A stretch of 64,000 nucleotides of DNA. Origin: a virus (lineage: Duplodnaviria; Caudoviricetes). Shown piece by piece: positions 48,560-57,558 of this stretch (its first letter is position 1; each line of letters opens with the position of its first letter). A model generated the notes under the pieces. It was not told the DNA's origin, ran no database searches, and saw only the letters and a program-made list of their open reading frames with translations. The DNA is taken from the IMG/VR virus record IMGVR_UViG_2799112265_000002, positions 1-64,000 of that record. One strand, written 5' to 3'. The translations under genes were made by a program, and so were the position numbers.

Positions 48560-50536
48560 GTGCAGATCCGCAACTCCGTCATCCTCACCCCCGACCGACT
48601 TAATACCTTGGTCGAGCGCTTCATGGAGCGCCCGGCCTTCGCATTCGACATCGAGACGTTCGGCGCCAACCGAAACGTTCCGACGCAGAACGTCGCCAAC
48701 TGGATAAGCCTGGCCACCGACGGCGAGGCCTACGCCATCCCGTTCGGCCACCCCAACGGCGACGTCCTGATCAGCAAGGCCACGCGCAAGAAGAACCGGC
48801 TTACCGGCAAGTTCGACGCCATCCCGGCCGTCTACGACGCCCCACCGGAGCAGATGCTGCCCTCCGAGGTGTTCAGCATCCTCAAGCCCCTGTTCTTCGC
48901 CGAGGACAAGATCAAGATCGCGCACAACGCGACCTTCGACCTGATCTCCACGGCCAAGTACTGGGGTGAGATCTGCCCGCCGGAGTACAGCGACACCATC
49001 GTGCTCCAGTGGCTCCTCGACGAAAACATGAAGCAGAAGAGCCTCGACGCCCTGGTCAAGCGCTACTACAAGGTCGACTACAAGGACAACGTCGGTAAGT
49101 GCGTCGAGGCCCACCCCTTCTCCAAGGTCGCGCACTACGCGTACATGGACGCGAAGTACACGTGGCTGCTCTGGAAGCGATTCCAGAAGCAGATCCGGGA
49201 GCAGAACCTGACCCACGTGCGGCGCCTGGAGGAGGACGTCCTGGGTGTCCTGCTGGACATGGGCATCACCGGGGCGCCGGTCGACGAGGCAGCGATGCGC
49301 GAGCTGGTCCAGGACATGCAGGCCCGGCTCGTCGAGATCGAGGGCAGCATCTACCGGGCCGCGGGCAAGCAGTTCAACTTGAACGCCCCGGCGCAGAAGG
49401 CCGAGGTGCTGTACGCCCCGAAGAAGGACGGCGGCCAGGGCCTCAAGCCCCTGAAGCCGACCGACGGCGGGAAGAAGAAGCGGGACGCCGGCCAGGAGCT
49501 GGAGTGGAAGGACTTCAGCACCGACTCCGACTCCCTGGAGAAGCACCCGAACAACCCCGTCGTCAAGGCGATGCTGGAGTACGCGGAAGTCAGCAAGCTG
49601 CTGTCGTACCCGGTGGCCTACCTCGGAGACCCCGAGGACAAGGACAAGCCCTGCCGGATCTTCGACGGCCGGATCCATGCCGACTTCGTCCAGTACGGGA
49701 CGGTGACTGGACGATTCTCCTGCCGGGAACCCAACCTCCAGAACATCCCCCGGCCGGACACGGAACTGGGTAAGAAGATCCGCGGTCTGTTCATCGCGCC
49801 GCCCGGCTACAAGCTGGTCGTCGCGGACTACGGCCAGATCGAACTCGTCGTCCTCGCGCACTTCATCGGCCGCGGTGACCTCTACAAGGGGTTCCACCAG
49901 GGAGTCGACCCGCACTCGGCGACGGCCGCCGCGCTGATGGGTGTGGACCCGCAGGAGTTCATGCGGCGGGTCAAGGAGGGCGACCGAACCTGCATCGACT
50001 TCCGCCAGGTGGCCAAGGGCATCAACTTCGCCGTCGTGTACGGCGCGGGCCCGGACAAGGTGGCCTCGATGGCTGGCATCTCCGTCAAGGACGCGAAGAA
50101 GTTCATGGAGATGCACCAGAAGATGTTCCCGGAGATCTACCGCTTCAAGGAAGAGGTCATACGCGTCTGCCGGTCGCGCCGTCCTCCGCACATCCGGACG
50201 CTGCTGGGCCGCAAGCGGCGCCTGCCGCTCATCCTCAGCCAGAACAACGGCCTGCGGATGGGCGCCGAGCGTCAGGCAGTGAACAGCCTCATCCAGGGCA
50301 GCGCGGCCGACCTGATCAAACTCGCGATGATCCGGCTGAACAACTCCCTGCCGGACGACATGCGCCTGATCCTCTCCGTGCACGACGAACTCGTGACACT
50401 CGCGCCGGAGGACAAGGCCGAGGAATGCGCTGCGCTGGTCCGGGAGGCCATGCTCGGCGAAGGAATCCAGAAACTGCTCAAGGTACCGCTCTCGTCGGAC
50501 GTGAAAATCGTGGACCGCTGGTCGGAGGCAAAGTAA
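48560..50536 (+). CDS. DNA polymerase family A with 3'-5' exonuclease
   Basis: FDIET, HNATFD, YAYMD, TGRFS..PNLQNIP, DYGQIE, K.INF..VYG, VHDE. Confidence 0.95.
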   Translation: MQIRNSVILTPDRLNTLVERFMERPAFAFDIETFGANRNVPTQNVANWISLATDGEAYAIPFGHPNGDVLISKATRKKNRLTGKFDAIPAVYDAPPEQMLPSEVFSILKPLFFAEDKIKIAHNATFDLISTAKYWGEICPPEYSDTIVLQWLLDENMKQKSLDALVKRYYKVDYKDNVGKCVEAHPFSKVAHYAYMDAKYTWLLWKRFQKQIREQNLTHVRRLEEDVLGVLLDMGITGAPVDEAAMRELVQDMQARLVEIEGSIYRAAGKQFNLNAPAQKAEVLYAPKKDGGQGLKPLKPTDGGKKKRDAGQELEWKDFSTDSDSLEKHPNNPVVKAMLEYAEVSKLLSYPVAYLGDPEDKDKPCRIFDGRIHADFVQYGTVTGRFSCREPNLQNIPRPDTELGKKIRGLFIAPPGYKLVVADYGQIELVVLAHFIGRGDLYKGFHQGVDPHSATAAALMGVDPQEFMRRVKEGDRTCIDFRQVAKGINFAVVYGAGPDKVASMAGISVKDAKKFMEMHQKMFPEIYRFKEEVIRVCRSRRPPHIRTLLGRKRRLPLILSQNNGLRMGAERQAVNSLIQGSAADLIKLAMIRLNNSLPDDMRLILSVHDELVTLAPEDKAEECAALVREAMLGEGIQKLLKVPLSSDVKIVDRWSEAK

Positions 50537-51006
50537 TGGGACTGTTCAGCAGGAAGAACAAGGACGAAGACAACCCGCTCGACGCGCTTAATACCGACGA
50601 CGACCTCCAGGTCGACATCTACACCCCGCAGATGCTGACCAAGCGCCTGGCCTGGGACATCGTCCCGTGCAGCGAGGTCGAGCGGCTGATCCCCCTCATG
50701 GGGCTCACCCCTGACAGCCCCGACGTCTCCGACATGGAGCACAAGGCCAGCCACGACAGGATCGACGCGCTCGCACCCCTGAAGGAAATGCTAGCGCTGT
50801 TCATCCCGATAGTTTCTGGCATTACCGCCTCGGCTATGCTGGTTAACTCCGGAAATTCCGTGGACGAGGAAACCGCAGCAGTTCTTCAGCGGCATCATTC
50901 CGTAGTCGTCCGCGCCGGAATTGTGGCGATCCTCGCCAATCTCCTCGACATGGGAATCATCAGTTACGCGGATGGAGTGCAGTTCGGTGACGAACTTCTG
51001 GGCTAA
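50536..51006 (+). CDS. Hypothetical protein
   Basis: TAATG coupling. Confidence 0.7.
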   Translation: MGLFSRKNKDEDNPLDALNTDDDLQVDIYTPQMLTKRLAWDIVPCSEVERLIPLMGLTPDSPDVSDMEHKASHDRIDALAPLKEMLALFIPIVSGITASAMLVNSGNSVDEETAAVLQRHHSVVVRAGIVAILANLLDMGIISYADGVQFGDELLG

Positions 51007-51445
51007 CAAACTGGGGGCGGCCACTCGACCGGCCGCCCCGGCCCCGGCCCCTGCGCCGGTACAGCAGCAGCCGCAGGGCGGAGCCTGGTGGAAGCCGCAG
51101 CCGACAGCGGCCTACCCCACCCCGCCCCAGCCCCAGCCCCAGCAGACAGTGCCACTTAATACCGAGGGCCAGGCACCGGCCCGCGCAATGGTGGCCAAGC
51201 AGGACACTCACTGCCCTGACTGCGGAGGCTCGAACTACTTCAAGCCGGTGGGCATGCACAACGCCATGTCGCAGTGCTACGAGTGCGGCTACAACCCGCG
51301 CTTCCAGCAGTCGACCGCCGGCCTGCCGTCTGGCAGCGGAGGAGACGGACCCGCCACGCCCGCCAAGCAGGTCGCCTCGGGCGGTCTGGGCGGCCGGAGC
51401 AACTACAACCCCGGCGCCATCATCCGGCCCGACGGCTCGGTCTAA
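50987..51445 (+). CDS. Pro/Gln-rich Zn-ribbon protein
   Basis: CPDC..CYEC. Confidence 0.65.
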   Translation: MTNFWANKLGAATRPAAPAPAPAPVQQQPQGGAWWKPQPTAAYPTPPQPQPQQTVPLNTEGQAPARAMVAKQDTHCPDCGGSNYFKPVGMHNAMSQCYECGYNPRFQQSTAGLPSGSGGDGPATPAKQVASGGLGGRSNYNPGAIIRPDGSV

Positions 51446-51488
51446 GCGCCCTCCTCCCTGATCATCACGACTGAACGGAATTACCCCG

Positions 51489-53438
51489 GTGACCACCCTG
51501 CTCACTACTGCCGGTGACCTTGCAGACCCTTACCGTAGTTTCATCGCCAAATCGCGCTACTCCAGGTGGCTCGACGACGAGAACCGGCGCGAGACCTGGA
51601 CCGAGACCGTCGCGCGCTACGTGACATTCATGCTGGCCCAGTTGAAGGACAAGCACGACTACACCCCCGACCCCCAGGTGGTCGACGAGATCCACGCGGC
51701 CATCCTCAACCACGAGGTCATGCCGTCCATGCGCGCCGTCATGACGGCCGGCCCCGCCCTGGACCGCTCGAACATCGCCGGGTTCAACTGCTCGTACCTG
51801 CCGCTGAAGGACGCCCGCGCTCTCGACGAGTTGCTGTACATCCTCATGAACGGCACGGGCGTGGGCTACAGCGTCGAGCGCAAGTACACCGACCAGTTGC
51901 CCCCGGTGCCGGACGCCCTGCGCCAGACCAAGGACAAAATCGTGGTGCACGACAGCAAGGAGGGGTGGGGAATCGGCTTCCGGCTGCTGCTAGAGGATCT
52001 GTGGCAGGGCAAGGTGCCGACGTGGGACCTGTCCAAGGTGCGTCCGGCCGGGGCCCGGCTTAATACCTTCGGAGGTCGAGCCTCCGGTCCTGAGCCGCTG
52101 AACGAACTGTTCGAGTTCGTGGTGCAGAAGTTCCACCAGGCCGCCGGTCGTAAGTTCAGGCCGATCGAGGTCCACGACATCGCCTGCAAGATCGCATCCG
52201 TGGTGGTCGTGGGTGGCGTGCGCCGGTCCGCGATGATCAGCCTGAGCGACCTGGACGACAAGGAGATGGCCGAGGCCAAGTCGGGGGAATGGTGGGTCGA
52301 GCACCCCTACCGCGCCCTCGCCAACAACAGCGCGGTCTACACCGACGGCATGCGGCACGAGGACTTCCGCACCGAGTGGGACTCCCTCGTTGCCTCCGGC
52401 AGCGGTGAGCGCGGCATCTTCCACCGCGGGGCGGCGCAGAGGCAGGCCGCACGGTTCGGCAAGCGGGAGTCCGACACCGACTACGGGACCAACCCGTGCT
52501 CGGAGATCATCCTCCGGCCGTTCTCTTTCTGTAACTTGTCCGAGGTCGTCGTCCGGGCCGAGGACACCCCCGAGACCCTGACCCGGAAGGTGCGTCTGGC
52601 GGCTGTCCTCGGCACGTGGCAGTCGACCCTGACCGACTACCCGTACCTGCGCGACGAGTGGCGCAAGAACGCGGAGGAGGAGCGCCTGCTGGGCGTCTCC
52701 CTCACCGGGGTCTACGGCAACCCCTACACCAACGGAAGCAAGGGTATGGGGCTGACGTCGCTCGCCCTGACCGTCCTGCGCTCGGAGGTCGTCGAGGCCA
52801 ACGCTGCCGAGGCCCGGCGCATCGGTATCGCGGCCTCGGTAGCGACCACCTGCGTCAAGCCGTCCGGCACGGTATCCCAGTTGGTGGACTGCGAGTCCGG
52901 CCTGCACCAGAAGCACGCGAAGTTCTACTTCCGGCGGGTGCGGGTGGACAAGAAGGACCCGATCGCGTTCGTACTCATCGACGCCGGCCTGCCGTACGAG
53001 GAGGACGCCTACAACAGCGCCGCGTGGGTGTTCACCTTCGCTCAGCGGGCTGCCGAGGGGGCCCTCGTCCGTGAGGACGTGTCGGCCATCGAGCACCTGG
53101 AACTGTGGTTGGCCTATCAGCGCGCGTGGTGCGAGCACAAACCGTCGGTGACCATCTCCGTGCGCGAGCACGAGTGGGAGCAGGTCGGCGAGTGGGTGTG
53201 GGAGCACCTGGACGAGATCTCCGGCGTCTCCTTCCTGCCGTACTCGGATCACACGTATGTGCAGGCGCCGTACGAGGAGTGCACCGAGGCCGAGTACGAG
53301 GCGCTGGCCGCGAAGAACCACCGCGTGGAGTGGTCGGACCTGGCGTTCTACGAGACGTTCGACCAGACGAAGGGCTCCCAGGAACTGGCCTGCTCCGCGG
53401 CCGGCGGCTGTGAGGTCGTCGACCTCGTGACCACCTGA
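51489..53438 (+). CDS. nrdJ: Class II (B12-dependent) ribonucleotide reductase
   Basis: FNC, VRRSA, TNPCSEI, FCNLSE, VKPSGT, C-terminal Cys pair; no beta-subunit gene nearby. Confidence 0.9.
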   Translation: MTTLLTTAGDLADPYRSFIAKSRYSRWLDDENRRETWTETVARYVTFMLAQLKDKHDYTPDPQVVDEIHAAILNHEVMPSMRAVMTAGPALDRSNIAGFNCSYLPLKDARALDELLYILMNGTGVGYSVERKYTDQLPPVPDALRQTKDKIVVHDSKEGWGIGFRLLLEDLWQGKVPTWDLSKVRPAGARLNTFGGRASGPEPLNELFEFVVQKFHQAAGRKFRPIEVHDIACKIASVVVVGGVRRSAMISLSDLDDKEMAEAKSGEWWVEHPYRALANNSAVYTDGMRHEDFRTEWDSLVASGSGERGIFHRGAAQRQAARFGKRESDTDYGTNPCSEIILRPFSFCNLSEVVVRAEDTPETLTRKVRLAAVLGTWQSTLTDYPYLRDEWRKNAEEERLLGVSLTGVYGNPYTNGSKGMGLTSLALTVLRSEVVEANAAEARRIGIAASVATTCVKPSGTVSQLVDCESGLHQKHAKFYFRRVRVDKKDPIAFVLIDAGLPYEEDAYNSAAWVFTFAQRAAEGALVREDVSAIEHLELWLAYQRAWCEHKPSVTISVREHEWEQVGEWVWEHLDEISGVSFLPYSDHTYVQAPYEECTEAEYEALAAKNHRVEWSDLAFYETFDQTKGSQELACSAAGGCEVVDLVTT

Positions 53439-53480
53439 AACTCGTTAAAAGATCTTGCTCTGACTAGTTGATACATCGCT

Positions 53481-53530
53481 GGACCGGTAGTGCGATTCCG
53501 ATTACGGTATTGCACTACCGGTTCTTTATT
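53481..53530 (+). terminator. Stem-loop with T-rich tail upstream of recA
   Basis: ACCGGTAGTGC / GCACTACCGGT followed by TCTTTATT. Confidence 0.6.
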
Positions 53531-53566
53531 ACGTCTTCTCGACTACGGGATTGGAACCCACACCAC

Positions 53567-54850
53567 ATGCCGCTTAATACCTGCGCGGGTGGCCCCGACA
53601 AGGAAGCCCTCGCACTCGTCGCAAAGATCAACAAGGCGCACCCGGGCGCCGTCTGCTTCGCCTCGGAGATGCGCATCCCCAAGCGGTTCACCTCCGGCTC
53701 ACTGTCCCTGGACATCGCCCTCGGTGGCGGCTGGCCGGGCAACCAGTGGGTCGAGGTCATCGGCCGCGAGTCCCACGGCAAGACCGCCATCGTCTACAAG
53801 ACCCTCGCCGCCAACCAGAAGAAGGACCCCACCTTCACCTGCCTGTGGATCGCCGCGGAGCACTACGACGTCGACCAGGCCTCCGCCCTCGGCGTCGACA
53901 ACGAGCGCGTCCTGGTGGTCCCCACCCAGGCCATGGAGTTCGCCTACCAGACCATGCTCGACTTCGCCGAGTCCCGCTCCGTCGACATGATCGTCCTCGA
54001 CTCCTACCCCGCGTTGATCGCGGACGAGGAGCAGGAGAAGGACATGGACGAGGCCGTCATGGCGCTCGGAGCGAGACTGACGGGCAAGTTTTTTCGCAAG
54101 AGCGGGGCGGCCACCAAGCGGTCCATGACGGACGCCGACGACCGCCCGCTGTTGGGGATCGTCATCAATCAGTACCGGGACGCCATCGGCAAGTTCTCAC
54201 CCCACGGCACACCGACAACCACCCCGGGCGGCAACGCCAAGAACTACGCGTTCTACACCCGCGTCGAGGTCCGGCGCGACGAGTGGATCCAGGAGTCCCG
54301 GCCGGGCAAGGGCAAGGTGAACGTCGGCCAGGTCATCAAGGTCAAGACCATCAAGAACAAGTCCGCCGCCCCGCAGCAGACCGCGACGATCGACTTCTAC
54401 TTCCGCAGCGCCCCCTTCATGAACTTCGCCCGCGGTGACTACGACACCGTCAAGGAGATCATGATCATGGGGATCCTCTTCGACGTCATCCAGCGCAAGG
54501 GCGCGTACTTCCAGATCGACAACGGCGAGTACGACGACAAGGGCAAGCCGGTCCTGCGCTGGCAGGGCAAGGACGCCATGCTCGACCACATCCGCCAGGA
54601 CCTGGACCTCCAAGAGGCCCTGTACGAGAAGATCCTCGTCGCCTCCAAGAAGGTCGACGAGCGGTCCATTTCCGAGGAGGACCTGGAGGCCGCCGAGTCG
54701 GCCGGCACCAAGAAGGTCCGGCGCCGTCCCTCTGGAGTCATCGACGACGGTCGGTACGAGCCCGGCACCGACCCGGAGAAGGACGCGAAGATCATGGCCC
54801 AGATGAACGCCCAGATGATGGCCGACGGGCTTAATACCGAGGCCGCCTGA
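53567..54850 (+). CDS. recA: RecA-like recombinase
   Basis: SGSLSLDIALGGG, GRESHGKT, VLDS, INQ.R, TTPGG, KNK. Confidence 0.92.
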   Translation: MPLNTCAGGPDKEALALVAKINKAHPGAVCFASEMRIPKRFTSGSLSLDIALGGGWPGNQWVEVIGRESHGKTAIVYKTLAANQKKDPTFTCLWIAAEHYDVDQASALGVDNERVLVVPTQAMEFAYQTMLDFAESRSVDMIVLDSYPALIADEEQEKDMDEAVMALGARLTGKFFRKSGAATKRSMTDADDRPLLGIVINQYRDAIGKFSPHGTPTTTPGGNAKNYAFYTRVEVRRDEWIQESRPGKGKVNVGQVIKVKTIKNKSAAPQQTATIDFYFRSAPFMNFARGDYDTVKEIMIMGILFDVIQRKGAYFQIDNGEYDDKGKPVLRWQGKDAMLDHIRQDLDLQEALYEKILVASKKVDERSISEEDLEAAESAGTKKVRRRPSGVIDDGRYEPGTDPEKDAKIMAQMNAQMMADGLNTEAA

Positions 54851-55104
54851 TGGTGGCCGTGCTCTCCCTCCTCCTGGCTTTCGCGGCCGTCTACATCGTG
54901 GTCCTCGGCGTCCGCTACTCCCGGCGCCAGGGCCGCGCCCACCTCAAGTTCCTCATCCTCGCCAACCTCCTGGAGAAGACCTATGGCGGACATGCTGAAG
55001 AAGTCCCAGAAGCAGGAGCGGCGAGGAGCGGAACTGCTGGGCGGGACGGTGAACGCCGGGAGCGGAAACGGCTGGGTCAGAAAGAACGACGTACGCACCC
55101 CTGA
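54850..55104 (+). CDS. Small membrane protein
   Basis: N-terminal TM helix; TGATG coupling; overlaps the next ORF. Confidence 0.45.
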   Translation: MVAVLSLLLAFAAVYIVVLGVRYSRRQGRAHLKFLILANLLEKTYGGHAEEVPEAGAARSGTAGRDGERRERKRLGQKERRTHP

Positions 55105-55327
55105 GTACAGCGTCGAGTACAAGGTCACCGGCAAGAAGCAGTACTCCCTGAAGGACGCAGAACTTCAGACCGCGGAGAAACAGGCCCTCCTCGACGGCAG
55201 GGAAATGCTCTTCGGGATCCAGATGGAAAGCGGAAGGAACTGGATCGTGATGAGCGAGGAAACATTCCTCACGCTTAATACCCAGGCGTTCCCGGACGCC
55301 GACCCCGACGAGGTGCTGTCGTGGTAA
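54983..55327 (+). CDS. PD-(D/E)xK nuclease / resolvase-like protein
   Basis: QE...GSG...KND...VEYK.T. Confidence 0.7.
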   Translation: MADMLKKSQKQERRGAELLGGTVNAGSGNGWVRKNDVRTPEYSVEYKVTGKKQYSLKDAELQTAEKQALLDGREMLFGIQMESGRNWIVMSEETFLTLNTQAFPDADPDEVLSW

Positions 55328-55758
55328 TGCACCTGCGGATGAACGCCCCCGAATGGGACGGCGGAGGCAACCCGGACAAGGAAGCCTCCTGCCGGAAGTT
55401 CCGGCCGACGAGAGAGCACGACGACTTCTTCGGCGACGGGACCGGAGAGGAATCCGAGGCCAAGCACATCTGCAACGGCACCTATACCGACCGGGTGTGC
55501 CCCCTCAGAGAACAGTGCCTGTCCTTCGCGCTGATCAACAACGAGCACTACGGAGTCTGGGGCGGCCTGACCGTCCTGGAGCGGGCCTACATCAGGAGGT
55601 TCGTCCCCAAGAACGAATGGAGTTACGACCGTGCCCCGAGCCGGGAGGACATCGAAGCCGTCTGGCCAGACCGGCTCCCGCCGGAAGACGACGAAGCCGA
55701 CGGGGAAGATGGCGGCGCTGGCGGAGACGAAGAAGAACTCCTCGGTGCTACTGGGTGA
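55321..55758 (+). CDS. WhiB-family transcription factor
   Basis: Four cysteines and GVWGG. Confidence 0.9.
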   Translation: MVMHLRMNAPEWDGGGNPDKEASCRKFRPTREHDDFFGDGTGEESEAKHICNGTYTDRVCPLREQCLSFALINNEHYGVWGGLTVLERAYIRRFVPKNEWSYDRAPSREDIEAVWPDRLPPEDDEADGEDGGAGGDEEELLGATG

Positions 55759-56887
55759 CATCCACAAGCACCTGCTCGACCAACACGGCAAGCCCACGGA
55801 CCGCCGGCAGGACATCATCCACCCCTCGGAGATGGCCAAGGCCGACTGGTGCCCCCGCCAGACCTACTACAGGCTGGCGGGGGTTTCCCCCGAGAAGGAC
55901 CGCTCGTTCTCCGCGCAACTGGAGGGCGTTTTTGAAGAGGGCCACATGATCCACGCGAAGTGGCAGAAGTGGCTCCAGCAGATGGGCCGCCTGTGGGGGA
56001 AGTGGAAGTGCCCCGTCTGCGACTACTGGGAGATGGGTACGGCCGGACGCATAGCCTGCCCGTCCTGCCGGAACCGCTCCGACCTCGCTGGCTACCCGGT
56101 GTACCTGGAGTACGCCGAGGTGCCACTGGCCGCCGAGCACGAGTTCCTGATCGCCGGGCACGAGGACGGCGCCGTGGAGGACCTGAACGCCCTCGTGGAG
56201 ATCAAGTCCATCGGCATCGGCACCGTCCGCTTCGACAACCCCGAGCTGCTGCGCGAGTACACGGTGAAGACCGAGGACGGCAAGACCGTCACCGACCTGG
56301 ACGGCCTGTGGAAGGCGCTGCGGCGCCCGTTCGGCAGCCACATCCGGCAGACGCAGATCTACCTGCGGCTGTGCAAGGAGATGGGCCTGCCCTACGACAA
56401 GGTGATCTTCCTCTACGAGTACAAGGCGACGCAGGCCCAGAAGGAGTTCGTCGTCAAGTACAACCCGGAGATCGCCGAGCCCCTGTTCGAGACCGCGCTC
56501 GACATCAAGTACGCCCTGAAGAAGGGCAAGCCACCACCGCGGCCGGAGTTCGCCGGCCAGGACAAGAAGGTCTGCAAGGACTGTCCGTTCATGTCGACCT
56601 GTTGGGAGACCACCACCAATGACCAGAGCGGTATCACGGAGGGGCTGGGAAGCCGTCCAGAGCCCGAGCACGAAGGCGATACGCCGGATGGAGCGGGAGG
56701 ACCTGTACCTGCCTCCGAAGCCCGAGGGCGACATGCCAGAACTGCCCCCGGATCCCACCGAACTCGACGACAGCGAACTGATGCAGTTGTTCGCCCGGAC
56801 GACAGCGTGGGTGGAGTACACGGGCAGCCGGCTGGCAGCGGCGGAGGTGGACGAAAAGTCGTGCGCCGACACACTCGAAAGCCATAA
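55709..56887 (+). CDS. Cas4/RecB-like exonuclease
   Basis: HPSE...CPR, GH.IH, G..DG, EIKS, Q.QIY, CKDCPF..C; start may be 55631. Confidence 0.85.
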   Translation: MAALAETKKNSSVLLGDIHKHLLDQHGKPTDRRQDIIHPSEMAKADWCPRQTYYRLAGVSPEKDRSFSAQLEGVFEEGHMIHAKWQKWLQQMGRLWGKWKCPVCDYWEMGTAGRIACPSCRNRSDLAGYPVYLEYAEVPLAAEHEFLIAGHEDGAVEDLNALVEIKSIGIGTVRFDNPELLREYTVKTEDGKTVTDLDGLWKALRRPFGSHIRQTQIYLRLCKEMGLPYDKVIFLYEYKATQAQKEFVVKYNPEIAEPLFETALDIKYALKKGKPPPRPEFAGQDKKVCKDCPFMSTCWETTTNDQSGITEGLGSRPEPEHEGDTPDGAGGPVPASEARGRHARTAPGSHRTRRQRTDAVVRPDDSVGGVHGQPAGSGGGGRKVVRRHTRKP

Positions 56888-57128
56888 GGCCCTATCCGCC
56901 GTCCGCAATGCGTCCGCCAAGACAGTGACGCAGGCCAAGGCCATGGCGCACGAGGACCCGGAGTACATCGCGGCCCAGGAGGCCAAGACGGCCGCCTACG
57001 CCTACCGCAAGATGGTCCAGGCCCTGCACCAGTCCGCCGAGGGCCGCAACACACTCCTGAGCCGCGAGCTGACCCGCCGGGTCGGCCGTGGTGACCGCGA
57101 GGCGCGCGCCGGCAGGATGAGCGCATGA
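56619..57128 (+). CDS. Helical protein, possibly UvsY-like recombination mediator
   Basis: Coiled coil ending LSRELTRR, located in the recombination cluster. Confidence 0.6.
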   Translation: MTRAVSRRGWEAVQSPSTKAIRRMEREDLYLPPKPEGDMPELPPDPTELDDSELMQLFARTTAWVEYTGSRLAAAEVDEKSCADTLESHKALSAVRNASAKTVTQAKAMAHEDPEYIAAQEAKTAAYAYRKMVQALHQSAEGRNTLLSRELTRRVGRGDREARAGRMSA

Positions 57129-57550
57129 GGACCGTACGCCGGTCCGTGACGCGCATGGAGCAGCCCCGGCCGCCGTGGGAGTGGCGCAACCACTTCCGGG
57201 CCGGGGCGCCCCGGACGTGCCTCACCTCGCACCGGGATCCGGTCTACGTACGCCGCGGTGAGCACGTCTACAAGGTCGGTCAGTTCGACTGGCTGCTGCG
57301 CCTGTACCAGCACGTCGGCGTCTCCGAGCAGTCGGTGCGCTGGGAGGGCTATGTCCTGTATGACCTGGATTGCGAAATGCCCGTAATCAGGTTGTCAAGC
57401 GATTGGTTGGAATACGTTGACAACCGTCGAGAGATCGTGTTTCGTATCAGCAAGAAGGACGCCCTGGCAGCCGGCGGGGAGATCGAAACCCCCGACGGAG
57501 TCCGCTTCGCCGTCCCACTCAGCGCCTACTCATCCCACGAAGGGCAGTAA
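57125..57550 (+). CDS. Hypothetical protein
   Basis: ATGA overlap. Confidence 0.55.
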   Translation: MRTVRRSVTRMEQPRPPWEWRNHFRAGAPRTCLTSHRDPVYVRRGEHVYKVGQFDWLLRLYQHVGVSEQSVRWEGYVLYDLDCEMPVIRLSSDWLEYVDNRREIVFRISKKDALAAGGEIETPDGVRFAVPLSAYSSHEGQ

Positions 57551-57558
57551 CCCACCAC

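Noticed and set aside
4962-53438. Inteins or introns in terminase, DnaB, PolA or RNR
   Set aside because: Normal lengths, continuous motifs, no splice-junction signatures seen
55709-56887. CRISPR adaptation Cas4
   Set aside because: No cas1/cas2 or array; context is phage recombination
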